Assembly: GCA_003558085.1 (NCBI GenBank)
Contig: PWMT01000035.1
Span: forward strand, 1 to 10,193
Direction of reading: 5' to 3'
DNA from: Methanobacteriaceae archaeon
GTDB taxonomy: Archaea; Methanobacteriota; Methanobacteria; Methanobacteriales; Methanobacteriaceae
DNA: 10,193 nucleotides
Position 1 is the stretch's first letter. The number at the start of each line of letters is the position of its first letter. A program made the position numbers and the translations under genes. The notes under the pieces were generated by a model. The model was not told the DNA's origin. It was given only the letters and a program-made list of their open reading frames with translations, and did no database searches. This document shows, one piece after another, positions 6,189-10,193 of the stretch.

Positions 6189-6875
6189 ATGATGGAAATA
6201 ATTCCCGTATTGGATCTGATGCAGGGATATGCGGTTTCTGGTCAGTCTGGTAATAGAGATAAGTACACTCCCCTGAAGACTATTTACAGTTCTAGTAGTG
6301 ATCCAATAAGTATAACCCGAGCTTTAAAAGAGAACGGTGCTCGTAGGATTTATATTGCTGATTTAGACATGATTGAAAAAAAAGGTTCTAATTTGGATCT
6401 GATAAATAAAATTAATCACCTCTTACCAGTAACTCTAGACTGCGGACTCCCCCATCTAGAAAGTTTTGAATTTGCCTTGGACTTTGCCTACCAGTTGATC
6501 ATAGCCACGGAAACACTGGAAAGTTTAGAGGAACTGGATAAAATCATTCATAAATTCCCTACATCCCGCCTGGTGCTCAGTGTGGATATTAAAGATGGAG
6601 AATTATATGCACCTAAATTGAATATTGATTTGGATGCTTTCCAGGATAAAATAAGAGAATTAAATCTTCCAGAGATTATTCTCCTGAATTTATCTCAAGT
6701 AGGTACACAAAAAGGTTATGATATGAATTTATTAGAAAAGTTTACTGACTTTAAACAATCACTTATCCTGGGAGGAGGAATAACCCCTGATGATCTAAGA
6801 AAAATATCCCAGTATGGTATAAATAAGGTCTTAGTGGGTTCTGCTCTGCATAAAGGGCTGATAAGTTTAAGATAA
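6189..6875 (+). CDS. HisA/HisF-related TIM-barrel protein (methanogen hisAF-related family)
   Basis: IIPVLDLMQGYAVSG start, IYIADLD, LSVDIKDG and C-terminal phosphate-binding LILGGG...VLVGSALH motifs. 228 aa. Confidence 0.85.
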   Translation: MMEIIPVLDLMQGYAVSGQSGNRDKYTPLKTIYSSSSDPISITRALKENGARRIYIADLDMIEKKGSNLDLINKINHLLPVTLDCGLPHLESFEFALDFAYQLIIATETLESLEELDKIIHKFPTSRLVLSVDIKDGELYAPKLNIDLDAFQDKIRELNLPEIILLNLSQVGTQKGYDMNLLEKFTDFKQSLILGGGITPDDLRKISQYGINKVLVGSALHKGLISLR

Positions 6876-6888
6876 GAATAGGGATTTT

Positions 6889-7764
6889 ATGAGCGGATTT
6901 TTAATTTTAGGGCCCTTAAGTAAGGATACCATCATCCAAAAGGGAAAGAGAACCTATTCTTTAGGAGGGGCTGTTTATTATCAGTCCTTAATTTTTTCAG
7001 CTTTAGATATTGATCATACTGCAGTGGTAACCTTAGCTAACCAGGATAGGGAATTATTAAACCAATTTCCAGAGAAAACTATTATTAGGCCGGTTTTTAA
7101 AAAAGAAAGCATAATATTTGAGAATAAGTATCTAAATAACGATCCAAATCATCGTATTCAACGTTCCAATGCTCCCAAAATACCTTTAACTAGGAAGGAT
7201 TTGTTAAAGCTATTCGATACTAAATTGGAATTTGATAATATAGTATTAGCACCACTACTACCCTGGGATCTTCCTCTAGATACAGTGAAATATTTATATA
7301 AACAGAAAATTCCCTTATATGCGGGTGTACAGGGATATTTAAGAGATCTCAACCAGGGTAATATAATGTTAAAACCAAGCCCTGATTTTGAACAAGTTTT
7401 ATCCATGCTGGATATAGTATTTCTGGATGAAAACGAGTTTAAATCCCTTAAAATAAACAAAAATGAATCTTATAGAGAGATAGCTGCTAGAATATTTTCC
7501 TATGGTTTGCAGGAAATAGTGGTAACCTGTGGTGATAGGGGATCCTTGATTTATTTACCTGATAAGAACTATAAAATCCAGGCACATCCTCCTAGTAAAG
7601 TAATAGATCCTACAGGTTTAGGAGATACTTATTTAGCTGCTTACCTTACTTGTAAGAATCAGAATCCGGATTCATTAAAATGTGCTAAAATGGCCTCTCA
7701 TCTGGCCACTTTGAAGTTGGAAAACAAAAAGCCTTCTTCTAGTTTATTAAATAAATACAGATAA
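6889..7764 (+). CDS. PfkB/ribokinase-family carbohydrate kinase
   Basis: N-terminal G-x3-D and GGAVYY, VVTCGDRGS, and anion-hole signature DPTGLGDTY. Starts 13 nt after the upstream stop, so probably co-transcribed. Confidence 0.88.
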   Translation: MSGFLILGPLSKDTIIQKGKRTYSLGGAVYYQSLIFSALDIDHTAVVTLANQDRELLNQFPEKTIIRPVFKKESIIFENKYLNNDPNHRIQRSNAPKIPLTRKDLLKLFDTKLEFDNIVLAPLLPWDLPLDTVKYLYKQKIPLYAGVQGYLRDLNQGNIMLKPSPDFEQVLSMLDIVFLDENEFKSLKINKNESYREIAARIFSYGLQEIVVTCGDRGSLIYLPDKNYKIQAHPPSKVIDPTGLGDTYLAAYLTCKNQNPDSLKCAKMASHLATLKLENKKPSSSLLNKYR

Positions 7765-7801
7765 TTACTCTACTATCTGATCCAGAATTAATAGGATCTT
7801 C

Positions 7802-7996
7802 TTAAATCCCTAGAATTACAGGTAAGATTATAAAAGGGAGCAATCCTGCTGCAAAAAATAGTACTATGCCCAGTATGGTGTAATTTTTATTACCATCCAT
7901 GATACCACTACAGAGGAATATTATGCTTATAAAACCTAGAAAAGCAGGTAGTATATGAGAATATATTAGGGATCCGGTAAGGACTTCTTGGACCAT
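7802..7996 (-). CDS. Small two-TM membrane protein, 64 aa, unknown function
   Basis: Start re-assigned from TTG 8017 to ATG 7996 because AGGTGAT (8007-8001) lies just upstream. Two hydrophobic helices are joined by GIMDGNKN. Confidence 0.75.
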   Translation of the reverse strand: MVQEVLTGSLIYSHILPAFLGFISIIFLCSGIMDGNKNYTILGIVLFFAAGLLPFIILPVILGI

Positions 7997-8040
7997 TATT
8001 ATCACCTTTATCTTCAATTTTTTTCTTTTAAATATTTTTA

Positions 8041-8194
8041 ATAGATCAGTCTACTATTTTTTCTATTTAATTATGTATGGTAGTTTTGATAGATCAGTCT
8101 ACTATTTTTTCTATTTAATTATGTATGGTAGTTTTGATAGATCAGTCTACTATTTTTTCTATTTAATTATGTATGGTAGTTTTGATAGATCAGT
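8041..8194. repeat. Perfect 48-bp tandem repeat, 3 full copies plus a 10-bp partial copy
   Basis: Unit ATAGATCAGTCTACTATTTTTTCTATTTAATTATGTATGGTAGTTTTG at 8041-8088, 8089-8136 and 8137-8184, then ATAGATCAGT at 8185-8194. No spacers between units. Confidence 0.97.
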
Positions 8195-8399
8195 TTATTA
8201 TTTAGGAGTAGTTTTTTACTCAATATTAACATTATAATAAACTGTAACTCCTTTTTCTTAACTTAAAATATTTTCTAGGTTTAAGATTAATTATCAAAAT
8301 TTCAATTATTTAATTTAAGTGATTGTTTTAAATTTGATCTCTGCATTAATATAAAATATTTATAAAGCTAAATTATATTTATTAATGTTGATTACTATT

Positions 8400-8472
8400 C
8401 ATAAGGCTTTATATAAATTTTAGGTGATCAATACTTATCTGAAAATTCACAATTTAATTATATAGCAGGAGG
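8400..8472 (+). promoter_or_regulatory. Probable pdxS promoter and RBS
   Basis: TTTATATA at 8408-8415 preceded by ATAAGGC, and AGGAGG at 8467-8472 before ATG 8482. Confidence 0.6.
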
Positions 8473-8481
8473 ATTATTCCA

Positions 8482-9363
8482 ATGTTACATGGAACTGAAG
8501 TTTTAAAAAAAGGCTTTGCCAAAATGACTAAAGGCGGAGTAATTATGGATGTGGTAAATGCTGAACAGGCTGAAATAGCAGAAGATACTGGTGCAGTGGC
8601 AGTGATGGCTCTGGAAAAAGTACCAGCTGATATTAGAAGTTCTGGTGGGGTGGCCCGAATGGCTGATCCTAATAAAATAGAGGAGATAATTGATACGGTC
8701 TCCATCCCCGTGATGGCTAAGGTTAGAATAGGTCATTTGGTGGAAGCGCAGATAATCCAATCTCTGGGAGTAGATATGATTGATGAGAGTGAAGTTTTAA
8801 CTCCCGCTGATGAAACATTTCATATTGATAAAAAAAAGTTCACCATACCCTTTGTATGTGGCGCTCGTAACTTAGGAGAAGCATTAAGAAGAATTGATGA
8901 AGGAGCAGCTATGATACGTACTAAAGGAGAACCTGGTACAGGTAATATTGTAGAGGCAGTTCGTCATATGCGTTTGATCATGAGTCAGATTAGGGAGATT
9001 CAAAATAAGGATGAAGAAGAATTATGGGCCATTGCTCGTGATATCGAAGCACCTTTATCATTAGTAAAGCAAACTGCCCAGTTAGGTAAATTACCAGTGA
9101 TAAATTTTGCTGCTGGTGGTGTGGCCACACCAGCGGATGCAGCATTAATGATGCAGTTGGGTTCAGATGGTGTCTTTGTTGGTTCAGGTATTTTCAAATC
9201 CGATAATCCTCAAAATTTCGCCCGCTCTATAGTGGAAGCTACCGCCCATTATGAAGATGCTGAATTGATTGCTGAAGTATCTCGTGGACTGGGAAAAGCT
9301 ATGCATGGATTAGAAATCAGCGAAATCTCTGATTCAGACCGTATGCAAGAGAGAGGATGGTAA
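8482..9363 (+). CDS. pdxS: Pyridoxal 5'-phosphate synthase lyase subunit PdxS
   Basis: [61 protein letters not shown] and [11 protein letters not shown] motifs, ending MQERGW. 293 aa. Confidence 0.98.
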   Translation: MLHGTEVLKKGFAKMTKGGVIMDVVNAEQAEIAEDTGAVAVMALEKVPADIRSSGGVARMADPNKIEEIIDTVSIPVMAKVRIGHLVEAQIIQSLGVDMIDESEVLTPADETFHIDKKKFTIPFVCGARNLGEALRRIDEGAAMIRTKGEPGTGNIVEAVRHMRLIMSQIREIQNKDEEELWAIARDIEAPLSLVKQTAQLGKLPVINFAAGGVATPADAALMMQLGSDGVFVGSGIFKSDNPQNFARSIVEATAHYEDAELIAEVSRGLGKAMHGLEISEISDSDRMQERGW

Positions 9364-9387
9364 AAAATAGATTAGATCCCTACTATC

Positions 9388-9425
9388 TTTATTTTTAAAC
9401 TTTTTAATTATTCACAATTTTTTTT
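9388..9425 (+). terminator. Oligo-T terminator region after pdxS
   Basis: Several T tracts, including T8 at 9418-9425, within 65 nt of the stop codon. Confidence 0.5.
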
Positions 9426-9520
9426 AACTTCCACCCTTAACCTATTTACAATAAAACTAAATCACCATTTTTTTTTAAAATAATTAGTGAGGATAATGGC
9501 TAGAATAGATGGAGCTATAA

Positions 9521-10051
9521 ATGATAAACTCAAGACTTAATCTTAGTTTTATCAAAAATAACTTTCCATCTATTTTAAGTCTTCTAAGAATTTTAGCGGC
9601 CCCCATATTTTTTTATTTATTTGTAAATAATTTTTTTGGGGGAGCAATCATTATTTTCATCTTAGCTGGGTTTACTGACTTTTTAGATGGATTTTTAGCT
9701 AGAAAATTGGATGTGGATTCTAGGATAGGGGCTTACTTAGATGTATTAGCTGATTTTATATTAATAATTATTTGCTTTGGGGCCATGGTATTCCAGGGCT
9801 GGTATCCTCTGCTACTACTTCCTCTTTTAGGGGCTGTTTTTGCACTTTTTTTATTGTCTTCTCCTTTTAAAGAATTAATCTACGATCCCTTAGGCAAATA
9901 TTGGGGAGGATTTTTAATGCTAATAATACTCCTATCTTTATTATTTCCATTGCCACTACTTAGAGAATACTTTTTGATAAGCATCCTGATATTCACGGTA
10001 TTATCTGCTGTAAGTCGCATAATATTCTTTTTACATCCAAAAAGAATTTAA
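9521..10051 (+). CDS. CDP-alcohol phosphatidyltransferase family protein (PgsA-like)
   Basis: Family signature D-xx-DG-xx-AR-x8-G-xxx-D-xxx-D is present as TDFLDGFLARKLDVDSRIGAYLDVLAD. N-terminal PSILSLLRI, several TM helices, and GGAG at 9511-9514. Confidence 0.92.
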   Translation: MINSRLNLSFIKNNFPSILSLLRILAAPIFFYLFVNNFFGGAIIIFILAGFTDFLDGFLARKLDVDSRIGAYLDVLADFILIIICFGAMVFQGWYPLLLLPLLGAVFALFLLSSPFKELIYDPLGKYWGGFLMLIILLSLLFPLPLLREYFLISILIFTVLSAVSRIIFFLHPKRI

Positions 10052-10112
10052 ATATTATATTTTTATTAACTAGCTAATACTCCAGAATATCTAATTAAAA
10101 TTATCTTATAAA

Positions 10113-10145
10113 AAAATAGGATATCTCTAGCAAGAGATCTATTTT
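10113..10145. terminator. Possible bidirectional hairpin terminator
   Basis: Outer stem AAAATAG/CTATTTT (10113-10119/10139-10145) and inner stem ATCTCT/AGAGAT (10123-10128/10133-10138), with A and T tracts at the base. Confidence 0.4.
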
Positions 10146-10193
10146 AGGTTTTTCATGATTATATTTTAATAATATTAGTTAAAATCTACTCAA

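Noticed and set aside
7158-7460. 100-aa minus-strand ORF
   Set aside because: It is antisense to the PfkB kinase and has no independent signals.
7997-8017. Longer TTG start for the small membrane protein
   Set aside because: The extra codons contain the AGGTGA RBS that serves ATG 7996.
8041-8194. CRISPR array
   Set aside because: The units are contiguous and identical with no unique spacers, and there are no cas genes in the window. It is a plain tandem repeat.
8419-8433. DtxR box at the pdxS promoter
   Set aside because: Only one half-site (TTAGGT) is present. The ACCTAA arm is missing.
8454-9197. Minus-strand ORFs 8454-8705, 8503-8760 and 9000-9197
   Set aside because: They are antisense shadows of the highly conserved pdxS.
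8482-9520. Absence of pdxT next to pdxS as an anomaly
   Set aside because: pdxS and pdxT are often unlinked in archaea, so absence from this window says nothing about the genome.

Overview
AT-rich archaeal chromosomal window. TATA/BRE promoters, GGAGG/GGTGA ribosome-binding sites and the gene set point to a Methanobacteriaceae-type methanogen (inference). The left half is a metal-acquisition cluster. It starts with the 3' part of a CbiO/ECF ATPase, followed by a structured 380-bp intergenic region holding a candidate sRNA/micro-ORF pair and two tandem DtxR/SirR-type operators. Next is an operon of feoB, a 7-Cys microprotein and a DtxR-FeoA protein whose DNA-binding helix looks degenerate. A DUF2162 - MotA/TolQ/ExbB - DUF2149 trio follows (HmuTUV-like, with no adjacent CobN/HmuS chelatase). 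The right half has a HisA/HisF-related TIM barrel, a PfkB kinase, a convergent 64-aa membrane protein with a perfect 3.2 x 48-bp tandem repeat upstream, pdxS, and a CDP-alcohol phosphatidyltransferase. I saw no rRNA, tRNA, CRISPR array or transposase. All family assignments come from motif recognition by eye, not from database searches.
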